From Actinobacteria bacterium Ga0077560 (GTDB lineage Bacteria; Actinomycetota; Thermoleophilia; Miltoncostaeales; Miltoncostaeaceae): a DNA stretch of 64,000 bases. Every line of letters starts with the position of its first letter. Within the stretch, counting starts at the first letter, position 1. The notes under the pieces are model-generated. The model was not told the DNA's origin. It ran no database searches and was given only the letters and a program-made list of their open reading frames with translations. The DNA lies in NCBI GenBank assembly GCA_001464275.1, contig LNFL01000071.1:32894-96893 (forward strand), written 5' to 3'. Below are positions 28,165-37,244 of the stretch, in pieces. Made by a program: the position numbers and the translations under genes.

Positions 28165-28872
28165 ATGGCCGCCCCCCGCCGTCAGGTCGTGGCGCTGGGC
28201 GGCGGCGGCTTCACCGAGGAGCCGGACAACCCGGTGCTCGACCAGTACATCCTCGAGGCCACCGGCCGCGACAGCCCCCGCGTGTGCTTCCTGCCCACCG
28301 CCGGGGGCGACAACAGCAGCTACACGGTCAAGTTCTACAAGGCGTTCGGCGAGCTGGGCGCCCGCCCGTCGCACCTGCAGCTGTTCCACCGGACGGTGGA
28401 GGACGTGCGCGCCTACCTGCTGCAGCAGGACGTGATCTACGTGGGCGGCGGCAACACCGCGGGGCTGCTGGCGGTGTGGCGGGTTCACGGCCTGGACGCC
28501 GTGCTGCGCGAGGCGTGGGAGCGCGGGGTGGTGCTCGCGGGGCTGTGCGCGGGCTCCCAGTGCTGGTTCCAGGCGGGGGTCACGGCCTCCTGGGGACCGC
28601 GGATGGCCCCCATCCACGACGGGCTGGGGCTGCTGGGCGGCAGCAACTGCCCGCACTACGAACTGCGGCGCGAGGCCTACATGGGCTTCGTCCGCGGTGG
28701 CATGGCGCCCGGCATCGGCTGTGAGGACGGCGTTGCGCTGCACTATGTGGGTGCCGCGCTGCATCGCGTCGTCAGCTCACGGCCGGGGCGCATGGCGGAG
28801 GTGGCCGAGCACCCCATCGCGCCGACGGTGCTCACCACGTCCCGGATCGCCGAGCCGGCGCTCGCTTCGTAG
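28165..28872 (+). CDS. Peptidase S51 paralog with Cys at the nucleophile position
   Basis: RVCFLPTAGGD, IYVGGGNTAGLL, GLCAGSQCW and CPH. Start chosen by homology to the paralog (MAAPRRQVVALGGGG); upstream ATGs exist at 28087 and 28120. Confidence 0.75.
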   Translation: MAAPRRQVVALGGGGFTEEPDNPVLDQYILEATGRDSPRVCFLPTAGGDNSSYTVKFYKAFGELGARPSHLQLFHRTVEDVRAYLLQQDVIYVGGGNTAGLLAVWRVHGLDAVLREAWERGVVLAGLCAGSQCWFQAGVTASWGPRMAPIHDGLGLLGGSNCPHYELRREAYMGFVRGGMAPGIGCEDGVALHYVGAALHRVVSSRPGRMAEVAEHPIAPTVLTTSRIAEPALAS

Positions 28873-28940
28873 CGCCGGCATCGCGGACCCGGCGGCGGTT
28901 CGAAGCCGCCGCCGCCGGGTCATCCGCTACGGTTCGCCCG

Positions 28941-29189
28941 ATGACGACTGAGACCACCGGCTGGCAGCCGCCCAAGCCCACGTTCAACTCGCCCGCCGCG
29001 GACCTGAACCAGCTCCGCAACGAGGCCAAGCGCATCGCCGAAACCGCGCCCTCCCAGCCCGTGCACCCCTCGGTGCTGGCTCGGGCCCGCGTGCTGACGG
29101 ATGCGGTCGAGCATGACCTGGGGCTCCCCGAGACCTCCGAGGGGCTGTGCTACTCGGACCTCGCGGTGCTGCTCAGCCAGACCAAGTAG
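28941..29189 (+). CDS. Hypothetical protein (82 aa)
   Basis: ATG ORF filling a gap, with GC3-rich codons. No family recognised. Confidence 0.35.
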   Translation: MTTETTGWQPPKPTFNSPAADLNQLRNEAKRIAETAPSQPVHPSVLARARVLTDAVEHDLGLPETSEGLCYSDLAVLLSQTK

Positions 29190-29192
29190 CGC

Positions 29193-29585
29193 TCAGGCCG
29201 GACCGTCGTACGCCGCGCGGGCCGCGTTGAGCGCCTCCGCGTTGGCGTAGGCCCAGCCCGACAGCGCGCCCAGCGGTTCCAGCAGACCCGTCCCGAGCTC
29301 GGTGAGCCGGTACTCGACCGATGGCGGCGAGCTGGGGTGCACCACGCGCTCCACCAGGCCATCGCGCTCCAGCGCGCGGAGGGTCTGGGTGAGCATCTTC
29401 TGGGAGATGTTCCCGATCTCCCGCATCAGGTCCGAGAAGCGGTGTCCGCTGCCGTCGGCGAGCGAGATCAGCACCAGGCCGGTCCAGCGCTCGGCCAGGC
29501 GTCCCAGCAGGCGCCGCGCCGGGCACGCCGCGTCGGCGGCGTCCAGGGCGGCCACGTCGATCTGTGAGCGCGGAACGGTTGCCAT
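29193..29585 (-). CDS. HxlR-family winged-helix transcriptional regulator
   Basis: CPARRLLGRLAERWTGLVLISL...RFSDLMREIGNISQKMLTQTLRALERDGLVER...VEYRLTELG. Confidence 0.88.
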   Translation of the reverse strand: MATVPRSQIDVAALDAADAACPARRLLGRLAERWTGLVLISLADGSGHRFSDLMREIGNISQKMLTQTLRALERDGLVERVVHPSSPPSVEYRLTELGTGLLEPLGALSGWAYANAEALNAARAAYDGPA

Positions 29586-29791
29586 GCGGGTGAGTATGTC
29601 ACCCGCACATCACCGACTTCTGGGTGGTTTTCGGCCCCTCCGGGGGGCCAGCCCTTCCCGCGGCGGGCGCCGTCGCACAGGATGCGGGGGACCGTGTCCC
29701 GCCCTTCCGCGGGGCCGGCGCCCGCGCTCCGCGTGAGGCTGGAGAGGACGGACATCCGGGGCCCGGCCGTCACCGCGGCCCCGGGGCCGCC

Positions 29792-30493
29792 TCACCCGTG
29801 GCGCAGCACCAGCATCTCGTCCGCGCCGCGCTGCCACTCGTACGGCACGCGCCGGATCTCGGCGCGCACGCCATCGGCCGCGAGCTGGGCGAGCAGGTCG
29901 TCGAAGTAGGGCACCCGTTGCAGGGTGGTGTCCAGCAGCGGGAACACGCGGACCTCCTCGGAGGCCACCCGCAGCAGCTCCCGCAGGGACGCCAGGTGGG
30001 TGTTCCGGTCCAGGTGGTCGGGGTAGGTGAACATGAGGTGCGCCGACAGCGCGAGCCGCACGTGCCCGTCCGGGAACGGCAGGTGGGGCAGGCTCGCCGC
30101 CACATGGAACGGACCCGGGCCGCGAAAGCCGGCGGCGAACCGTTCCAGGCCCGCCAGGCGCCGCGCCAGGTGATCGTCGGTGTCGTGGAAGAACCCCATG
30201 ACGTAGAGGTGGGGGTGCTCGATCACGTAACGGTTCCCGGTGTGGGTGTCGCGGCGCGCGGCCTCCAGGAAGTCCTCCAGGGGCGTGCCGTAGACGGGAT
30301 CCACGCTGATCACCGTGCCGCCCATGGCCCGCACGCCCTCCCCGAAGTCCCCGGCGCCGCCCGGGCAGTCCAGGATGGGGCCGGCCAGCAGTTCGTCCTC
30401 GGTGAGGTCGAACATGGCGCGGTACTCATCGAAGGGGCGGGCGGTGGTGATGATGTCGCCCAGGCCCCGCGGGGTGCGTTCCTCGGTGGACAC
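29792..30493 (-). CDS. SAM-dependent methyltransferase (class I)
   Basis: ILDCPGGAGDFG motif I and VISVDP motif II. GTG start at VSTEERT; the longer ORF is antisense to the ABC gene. Confidence 0.65.
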   Translation of the reverse strand: MSTEERTPRGLGDIITTARPFDEYRAMFDLTEDELLAGPILDCPGGAGDFGEGVRAMGGTVISVDPVYGTPLEDFLEAARRDTHTGNRYVIEHPHLYVMGFFHDTDDHLARRLAGLERFAAGFRGPGPFHVAASLPHLPFPDGHVRLALSAHLMFTYPDHLDRNTHLASLRELLRVASEEVRVFPLLDTTLQRVPYFDDLLAQLAADGVRAEIRRVPYEWQRGADEMLVLRHG

Positions 30494-30547
30494 GGCCCGC
30501 AATGTAGCGGCGGGCGGGCCACCCGCGCCGGGGTGCATGATGCGCTG

Positions 30548-31444
30548 GTGTCCGCACTCGCCCTCCGCCTGCGCGGCGTCGTGAAGGCCTTCGGGCCCCT
30601 GGTGGCCGTCAACGGCCTCGACCTGGAGGTCCCCGAGGGCACGTGCGTGGGGCTCCTGGGGCCCAACGGCGCGGGCAAGAGCACCACCATGCGCATGCTC
30701 ACCGCCCAGTCGATCGCCGACAGCGGCGAGATCGAGGTGCTGGGCCACCGCCTGCCGGGCGAGTCGAAGTCCGCGCGGGCCCTGATGGGGGTGGTCCCGC
30801 AGCTCGACAACCTGGACACCACGCTCACGGTGGAGCAGAACCTGGTGGTGTTCAGCCACCTCTACCGCATCCGCCGGGGCGAGCGACGCGCCGCGATCGA
30901 GCGTGCGCTGGACATCGCCAACCTGGCCGACCGCCGGGCGAGCAGGGTGGACAAGCTCTCGGGCGGGATGCGCCGCCGGCTGCTCATCGCCCGCGCCCTG
31001 GTGCACCGTCCGCGCCTGGTGCTCATGGACGAGCCCACCGTGGGCCTGGACCCGCAGGTGCGGCAGGAGATCTGGGCGCTCATCGACGCGCTGCGCGCCG
31101 AGGGCGTGTCGATCCTCATGTCCACGCACTACATCGAGGAGGCCGAGCGCCTGGCCGACACGGTCACCATCGTCTCGCACGGCACCGCGGTGGCCACGGG
31201 GCCGCCGGCCGAGCTGGTGTCCGAGCACGCCGGGGCGGAGGCCCGCGAGGTGTATGGCCCGCCGGCGCGGCTGGCCGAGGTGGAGGCCCAGGCCCAGGAT
31301 GCGGGACTCCGGACGCGACGCACCGGGACCTCCGTGGCGCTGCTGGGCCTGGAGCGGGCCACCGGCCCCATCCCCGATGGCGAGCACCGGCCGACGAACC
31401 TGGAGGACGTCTTCGTGCTGCTCACCGGTGAGGAGATCTCATGA
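30548..31444 (+). CDS. ABC transporter ATP-binding protein (DrrA/ABC-2 type)
   Basis: Walker A GPNGAGKST, signature LSGGMRRRL and Walker B LVLMDEPT. The start is uncertain (GTG at 30548 or 30533). Confidence 0.9.
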   Translation: MSALALRLRGVVKAFGPLVAVNGLDLEVPEGTCVGLLGPNGAGKSTTMRMLTAQSIADSGEIEVLGHRLPGESKSARALMGVVPQLDNLDTTLTVEQNLVVFSHLYRIRRGERRAAIERALDIANLADRRASRVDKLSGGMRRRLLIARALVHRPRLVLMDEPTVGLDPQVRQEIWALIDALRAEGVSILMSTHYIEEAERLADTVTIVSHGTAVATGPPAELVSEHAGAEAREVYGPPARLAEVEAQAQDAGLRTRRTGTSVALLGLERATGPIPDGEHRPTNLEDVFVLLTGEEIS

Positions 31445-32217
31445 CCACCACACCCGTCCCGGCGCCGCGGCTGCGGCGGCTGGAGGTGCCCGCGCTGCGC
31501 GGCGTGCTGGTGCGCGAGGTCATCAACTTCTCGTCCTACTGGCGCTCCACGACGGTGTCGTCGACCATCGAGCCCACCATCTACCTGCTGGCCTTCGGCT
31601 TCGGCTTCGGGTCGCTGGTGGCGACGGTCCAGGGGCTGGACTACGTGGAGTTCGTGGGCACCGGCACGGTCGCCACGGCGGTGATGTTCGCCTCGGTGTT
31701 CGCGACGATGTTCGGGACCTTCGTCAAGCGCGAGTACCAGCGCACCTACGACGCCATCCTCGCGGCGCCCGTCGACACCGAGGAGCTGGTGACCGGCGAG
31801 GTCCTGTGGGTGGCGGCCCGCGCCGGGGTGTACGGCACCGCCCCGCTGCTGGTGGCCATGGCGTTCGGCCTGGACCCCGCCTGGGGGATGCTCACCGTGC
31901 CGCTCATCGGGTTCGCCACCGGCTTCGGTTGGGCGGCCTTCGGGGTGCTGGTGTCGGCGATCCTGAAGTCCATCGACCACTTCTCGTACGTCACGAGCAT
32001 GGTTATCACGCCGGTGTTCCTGGTGGCGGGCACCTACTTCCCGCTGGACGGCCTGCCCACCTGGGCGCAGGTGGCCGGGCACTTCAACCCGCTGTTCCAC
32101 TGCGCCTTCGGGTGGCAGGGCTGGGCGGACGCGGGCCACGTGGCGGCGATCCTGGCCTTCGGCGCGGTGATGTGGCGGCTGGCGATCTGGCGGTCGCGCA
32201 TGCGGCTCATCAACTGA
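31441..32217 (+). CDS. ABC-2 type transporter permease
   Basis: ATGA overlap with the ATPase stop. Six hydrophobic segments and the ABC-2 pattern (REVINFSSYWRS...). Confidence 0.85.
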   Translation: MTTTPVPAPRLRRLEVPALRGVLVREVINFSSYWRSTTVSSTIEPTIYLLAFGFGFGSLVATVQGLDYVEFVGTGTVATAVMFASVFATMFGTFVKREYQRTYDAILAAPVDTEELVTGEVLWVAARAGVYGTAPLLVAMAFGLDPAWGMLTVPLIGFATGFGWAAFGVLVSAILKSIDHFSYVTSMVITPVFLVAGTYFPLDGLPTWAQVAGHFNPLFHCAFGWQGWADAGHVAAILAFGAVMWRLAIWRSRMRLIN

Positions 32218-32226
32218 CGGGTCCAA

Positions 32227-34050
32227 GTGATTCCGGCCACGCCGGGGGGAACACCGGACGCAGTGCGACGCATCGAGGACTACGCGCTCATCGGGGACCT
32301 CCAGACCGCGGCCCTGGTGGCGCGCGACGGCGCGATCGAGTGGTGCTGCCTGCCGCGCTTCGACTCGGGGGCCTGTTTCGCCGCCCTGCTGGGTGACGCC
32401 CGCAACGGCCACTGGACCCTCGCGCCGGCCGGCGGGGTGCGCCGCCGGACCCGGCGGTACCGCTCCGGCACGCTGATCCTGGAGACGGTGGTGGAGTGCG
32501 AGACCGGCACCGTGCGGATCATCGACTTCATGCCGCCCCGCGATGCGGCGCCCGACATCGTGCGGATCGCCGAGGGGCTCGACGGCGAGGTCCGCATGCG
32601 GTCGGATCTGGTCATCCGCTTCGACTACGGGCGCATCGTGCCGTGGGTGCGTCGCGTCGACCACGCCCGGCTGGCGGTGGCGGGCCCCGACGCCCTGTGC
32701 TTCCGCACGCCGGCCGCGACCCACGGGGAGAACCGGGCCACCGTGTCGGAGTTCACGCTCCGGGCGGGCGACCGCGTGCCGTTCAGCCTCACCTGGTTCC
32801 CGTCGCACGAGCCGCTGCCGGCCGGACGCGACCCCGAGGCCGAACTGGACGAGACCGAGGGGTTCTGGCGGGACTGGGCGTCGCGGTGCCGCCACGTGGG
32901 CGACCACCACGACGAGATCCACGAATCCCTGCTCATCCTGAAGGCCCTCACCCATCTGCCCACGGGCGGGATCGTGGCGGCGCCCACCACCTCCCTGCCG
33001 GAGTCGATCGGCGGGTCGCGGAACTGGGACTACCGGTTCTGCTGGCTGCGCGACGCGGCGCTGACGCTGTCGGCGATGCTGCGCGCCGGCTACCGCGACG
33101 AGGCCCGCGCCTGGCGGGACTGGCTGCTGCGCGCCGCCGCCGGCGACCCCGCCGACCTGCAGATCATGTACGGCGTGGGCGGGGAGCGGCGGCTGGACGA
33201 GCGCGAGCTGGAGTGGCTGCCCGGCTTCGCCGGGTCCGCCCCCGTGCGGGTGGGCAACGCCGCCCACGGGCAGCTCCAGCTGGACGTCTACGGCGAGCTC
33301 ATGGACGCCATGTACCTGGCGCTGAAGGCCGGCGTGGACGGCGACCACGAGGCGTGGGAGCTGCTGCGGACGCTGCTGGAGTGGCTGGAGGACGCCTGGC
33401 GGCGGCCCGACTCCGGCATGTGGGAGGTGCGCGGACCGGAGCGGCACTTCACCTCCTCGAAGGCCATGGCGTGGCTGGCCTTCGACCGGGGCGTGCGGAT
33501 GGTGGAGGAGTTCGGCTTCCGAGGTCCCGTGGAGCGCTGGCGCGTCCATCGCGACACGATCCGGGCGGAGGTGCTGGAGCGGGGATGGGACGCCTCACGG
33601 GGCGCCTTCGTGCAGGCCTACGGCGGCACCGACCTGGACGCCGGGGTGCTGCTGCTGCCGCTCATCGGCCTGCTGCCCGCCGACGACCCGCGCATGGTCT
33701 CGACGGTCGACGTGATCCGCCGGGAGCTCACCCTGGACGGCCTGGTGCAGCGGTACCTGCCGCGCGCCGACGGTGCCGTGGACGGCATCGCCGAGCCGGA
33801 GGGCGTCTTCCTGCCCTGCTCGTTCTGGCTTGTGTCGGTGCTCGCCCTGCAGGGCGAGCACCGGGAGGCGCGGGAGCTGTTCGAGCGGCTGCTGGACCTG
33901 CGCAACGACGTGGGCCTGCTCTCGGAGGAGTACGACCCCGTGGCGGGGCGTCAGCTCGGCAACGTCCCCCAGGCGTTCACGCACCTGGCGCTGGTGGATG
34001 CCGCCCTCACCCTGTCGGGCACCCGTCCGCTGCTGAAGCCCCAGCCGTAA
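32227..34050 (+). CDS. Glycoside hydrolase family 15 (glucoamylase/trehalase-like)
   Basis: IEDYALIGDLQTAALVARDGAIEWCCLPRFDS, NWDYRFCWLRDA and QLQLDVYGE are characteristic GH15 blocks. Confidence 0.88.
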   Translation: MIPATPGGTPDAVRRIEDYALIGDLQTAALVARDGAIEWCCLPRFDSGACFAALLGDARNGHWTLAPAGGVRRRTRRYRSGTLILETVVECETGTVRIIDFMPPRDAAPDIVRIAEGLDGEVRMRSDLVIRFDYGRIVPWVRRVDHARLAVAGPDALCFRTPAATHGENRATVSEFTLRAGDRVPFSLTWFPSHEPLPAGRDPEAELDETEGFWRDWASRCRHVGDHHDEIHESLLILKALTHLPTGGIVAAPTTSLPESIGGSRNWDYRFCWLRDAALTLSAMLRAGYRDEARAWRDWLLRAAAGDPADLQIMYGVGGERRLDERELEWLPGFAGSAPVRVGNAAHGQLQLDVYGELMDAMYLALKAGVDGDHEAWELLRTLLEWLEDAWRRPDSGMWEVRGPERHFTSSKAMAWLAFDRGVRMVEEFGFRGPVERWRVHRDTIRAEVLERGWDASRGAFVQAYGGTDLDAGVLLLPLIGLLPADDPRMVSTVDVIRRELTLDGLVQRYLPRADGAVDGIAEPEGVFLPCSFWLVSVLALQGEHREARELFERLLDLRNDVGLLSEEYDPVAGRQLGNVPQAFTHLALVDAALTLSGTRPLLKPQP

Positions 34051-34148
34051 ACGGGTCCCGGGGAACCGGTTTACGTCTCCGGGCCCCGGGTACGGGCGGC
34101 CTGCGTGCCCAGGTGACGAGCGGGGAGCCCGGGGTGGACGGAGCGCAG

Positions 34149-35831
34149 GTGCGGCCCGTGATGCTCGTGGTCGATGACGACCCGGCGGCGCTCGACCGTG
34201 CCGAGGCCGAGCTGGCCCGGCGGTTCGGGGCCGACTACGGCGTGCGGGCCAAACGCGATCCCGCGGCCGCGCTCGCCTTCCTGCGCCGGGCGGCCGCCGA
34301 GGGCATCCGCGTGCCGCTGGTGCTGGCCGACCAGTGGATGGGCGAGACCACCGGCGCCGAGTTCCTGCGGGAGGCGCGCGCCCTCATCCCCACCTGCCGC
34401 CGGGCGCTGCTGGTGGACTGGCGCGCATGGGCCCACCCGCCCACGGCGGACGCCATCCACCGCTCCATGGCGCTCGGCGACGTCCATTACTACGTCCTGA
34501 AGCCCTGGCAGTCGCCGGACGAGCTGTTCAACCGCACGGTCTCCGAGTTCCTGCAGGACTGGACCCGCACCGAGGGCGTCGGCGAGCGGGAGGTGGTCCT
34601 GGTGGCCGACCACTGGACCCGCCGGGCCCACGAGCTGCGCAGCCTGCTCACCCGCAACGGCGTCCCGCACGCCGCCCTTGGCAGGGACGACCCCCGGGCC
34701 CGGGCCATGCTGGCGGATGCCGGGCTGGACGGCGCGCCGGGGCCGGTGGTCCTCGCCCAGAACCACCCGCCGCTGGTGGACCCCACCAACGCCGAGCTCG
34801 TGCGCGCCTACGGGGTGGACACCGACATCGAGGATGGCGCCGCCTTCGACGTGCTCGTGGTGGGCGCGGGCCCATCCGGCCTGGCCGCGGCGATCAACGC
34901 GGCCTCCGAGGGCCTGGCGACGCTGGTGGTGGAGGGCGAGGCCATCGGCGGGCAGAGCGCCTCCAGCTCCCTCATCCGCAACTTCCCGGGCTTCGCGCGC
35001 GGGCTGTCCGGCGCGGAGCTCGCCCAGCGCTGCTACCAGCAGGCCTGGGTGCTGGGCGCGCGGTTCGTGCTGACCCAGCGCGTCGTGGCGCTGGCCGCTG
35101 GCGGTGACCGCACGGTTCGCGCCCGCCTGAGCTCGGGGACGGAGGTGACGGCCCGCGCCGTGGTCCTGTCCACGGGGGTCGCCTGGCGGCGCCTGGGGGT
35201 GGCGTCGATCGACCGGTTCACCGGGGCCGGGGTCTTCTACGGCGCGTCCGCGTCGGAGGCCGTCGCGCTGCGCGGCATGCGCGCGGTGGTGGTGGGCGGG
35301 GGCAACTCGGCCGGGCAGGCGGCCATGCACCTGCAGCGCTACGCCGCGCACGTGACGCTGGCGATCCGCGGGGCCGCGCTCAGCGAGGGGATGTCGCAGT
35401 ACCTGGTGGACGAGATCCTGGCGGCCCCGAACGTGACGTGCCGGTTCCGGGTGGAGGCCGTGGACGCCGCGGGCGACTCGCGCCTGGTGGGCATCGTGCT
35501 GCGCGACCGCGACACGGGCATCGCGGACCTGGTGCCGGCCGACGCCCTGTTCGTGCTGATCGGGGCGGAGGCGCACACGGATTGGCTGCCCGACGAGGTC
35601 GAGCGCGACCGGCGGGGGTTCATCCGGACCGGCCGCGACATCCAGCGCGACCCGGAGCGGGCGCTCGCGGCCCAGCCGTTCGAGACCTCCATGCGCCGGG
35701 TCTTCGCGGTGGGCGACGTGCGGGCCGGGTCGGTGAAGCGCGTGGCCTCCGCCGTCGGCGAGGGGGCCGTCGTCGTGCAGCAGATCCACACCATGTTCTC
35801 GTCACAGATGGCCCTCTCCCCCGGAGGCTGA
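34149..35831 (+). CDS. Fused response-regulator receiver / thioredoxin-reductase-like FAD oxidoreductase (no CxxC)
   Basis: Receiver: MLVVDDDP...LVLADQWM...YVLKPW. FAD/NAD Rossmann motifs VLVVGAGPSGLAAA and VVVGGGNSAGQAA, and the C-terminal FAVGDV. ASASE replaces the CATC redox motif. Confidence 0.8.
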   Translation: MRPVMLVVDDDPAALDRAEAELARRFGADYGVRAKRDPAAALAFLRRAAAEGIRVPLVLADQWMGETTGAEFLREARALIPTCRRALLVDWRAWAHPPTADAIHRSMALGDVHYYVLKPWQSPDELFNRTVSEFLQDWTRTEGVGEREVVLVADHWTRRAHELRSLLTRNGVPHAALGRDDPRARAMLADAGLDGAPGPVVLAQNHPPLVDPTNAELVRAYGVDTDIEDGAAFDVLVVGAGPSGLAAAINAASEGLATLVVEGEAIGGQSASSSLIRNFPGFARGLSGAELAQRCYQQAWVLGARFVLTQRVVALAAGGDRTVRARLSSGTEVTARAVVLSTGVAWRRLGVASIDRFTGAGVFYGASASEAVALRGMRAVVVGGGNSAGQAAMHLQRYAAHVTLAIRGAALSEGMSQYLVDEILAAPNVTCRFRVEAVDAAGDSRLVGIVLRDRDTGIADLVPADALFVLIGAEAHTDWLPDEVERDRRGFIRTGRDIQRDPERALAAQPFETSMRRVFAVGDVRAGSVKRVASAVGEGAVVVQQIHTMFSSQMALSPGG

Positions 35832-35837
35832 GCCCCC

Positions 35838-37244
35838 GTGACGGCCGCCCGCCGCGCGTCGCCCCTCGCGGTCCCGGCGGCCGTCACGGTCGCGCTGATC
35901 CTGGCGGCACCGCTGGTGGGACTGCTCGTGCTCCTGGCGCTGCCGGAGCTGGACGTGGTGTGGGAGCACGACCCGGCGCACTTCTGGCTGGTGCTGGCCG
36001 CGGCGGCGGTCAGCGGGGCGCTCTCCTCCGCGACCGGCAACGCGGCCCGCCGCCGGGGCGATCCGCGCGTGTTCCTGGTGTCGCTGGGGTTCGTGTCGGC
36101 CGCCGCCTTCCTCGGTCTCCATGCGCTCGCGACCCCCGGCGTGCTGATGGACGGCGGCAACGCGGGCTTCGCGACCGCCACCCCGGTGGGCCTGCTGATC
36201 GCCGCGGCCTGCGCGGTGGCGTCCGGCGGGGATCTCACCGGCGACCGCGGTGCGCGGGTCATCGCGGCGTCGGGCCTGCTGCGCGGCGCCCTGGTGGTCG
36301 TCTGCGCGGTGTGGGCCGGCCTGTCGCTCACACGCACGTGGCCGCTGGACGGCGGTCCGGTGGGGCGCGGTGAGGGGCCGCTGGTGCTGATCGCGGTCCC
36401 CGGGGTGCTGCTGTTCGCCGTCGCGGTGATCCGGTACGTGGCGCTCGCGACGCGACGCCGGTCGCGGCTGGTCCTGAGCCTCGTGGCCGCGTTCGTGCTG
36501 CTGGCCGAGGCCCTGGTGGCGGTGGCGGTGAGCCGGGCCTGGCACGCCACCTGGTGGGAGTGGCACGTCCTCATGCTCGCCGCGTTCGGCCTGGTCGCGC
36601 ACCACGCGCGCAGGGAGTGGCACGAGGAGCGGTTCAGCGACCTCTACGTGGGCGAGGCGGCGCCAGCCTCGCAGGAGGTGACCGTGCTCTTCGCGGACCT
36701 GGCCGGGTTCACGGCGTTCAGCGAGGCCCACACGCCGGAGGAGGTCTCCCGCATGCTGAACGCCTACTTCGCGGCCGCCATCCCGTCGGTGATGGGCCGG
36801 TACGGCGGGGAGGTGGACCGCATCATCGGCGACGAGCTGTTCGTGGTGTTCAACCGCCGCGGCGACCAGCCCGACCACGCGCGGCGCGGCGCGCTGGCCG
36901 GGCTGGCCCTGCAGCGGGAGACCGCGCGCGTGGCGGCCCGGCACCCGGCCTGGCCCCGGTTCCGGGTGGGCGTGAACACCGGGCCGGTGCTGCTCACCGT
37001 CCTGGGCACCCGGGGCGGGCGCACCCATACGGCCGTGGGCGACCCCATCAACGTGGCGGCACGGCTGCAGGCGCTGGCGCCGGTGGGCGGGGTGGCGGTG
37101 GGCGGCGCGACGGCCGCCCGGCTGCCCGGGGACTGGACCACGCCGCTCGGGGATCTCGCGCTGCGGGGACGGCGTGACCGGGTGCCCGCCCACCTGCTGC
37201 GCGACGACCTCACGGAGCCGGCGGACCCTCCGGCAGCTCCATGA
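35838..37244 (+). CDS. Membrane-anchored class III adenylate/guanylate cyclase
   Basis: About six N-terminal TM helices, then VTVLFADLAGFTAFSE...GDELFVVF...VGVNTGPV...TAVGDPINVAARL. Confidence 0.88.
   Translation: MTAARRASPLAVPAAVTVALILAAPLVGLLVLLALPELDVVWEHDPAHFWLVLAAAAVSGALSSATGNAARRRGDPRVFLVSLGFVSAAAFLGLHALATPGVLMDGGNAGFATATPVGLLIAAACAVASGGDLTGDRGARVIAASGLLRGALVVVCAVWAGLSLTRTWPLDGGPVGRGEGPLVLIAVPGVLLFAVAVIRYVALATRRRSRLVLSLVAAFVLLAEALVAVAVSRAWHATWWEWHVLMLAAFGLVAHHARREWHEERFSDLYVGEAAPASQEVTVLFADLAGFTAFSEAHTPEEVSRMLNAYFAAAIPSVMGRYGGEVDRIIGDELFVVFNRRGDQPDHARRGALAGLALQRETARVAARHPAWPRFRVGVNTGPVLLTVLGTRGGRTHTAVGDPINVAARLQALAPVGGVAVGGATAARLPGDWTTPLGDLALRGRRDRVPAHLLRDDLTEPADPPAAP

Noticed and set aside
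34045-34075. Hairpin after the GH15 stop (cgtaaac...gtttacg)
   Set aside because: Only 7 bp pair perfectly and the interior is mismatched. This is too weak to call a terminator.
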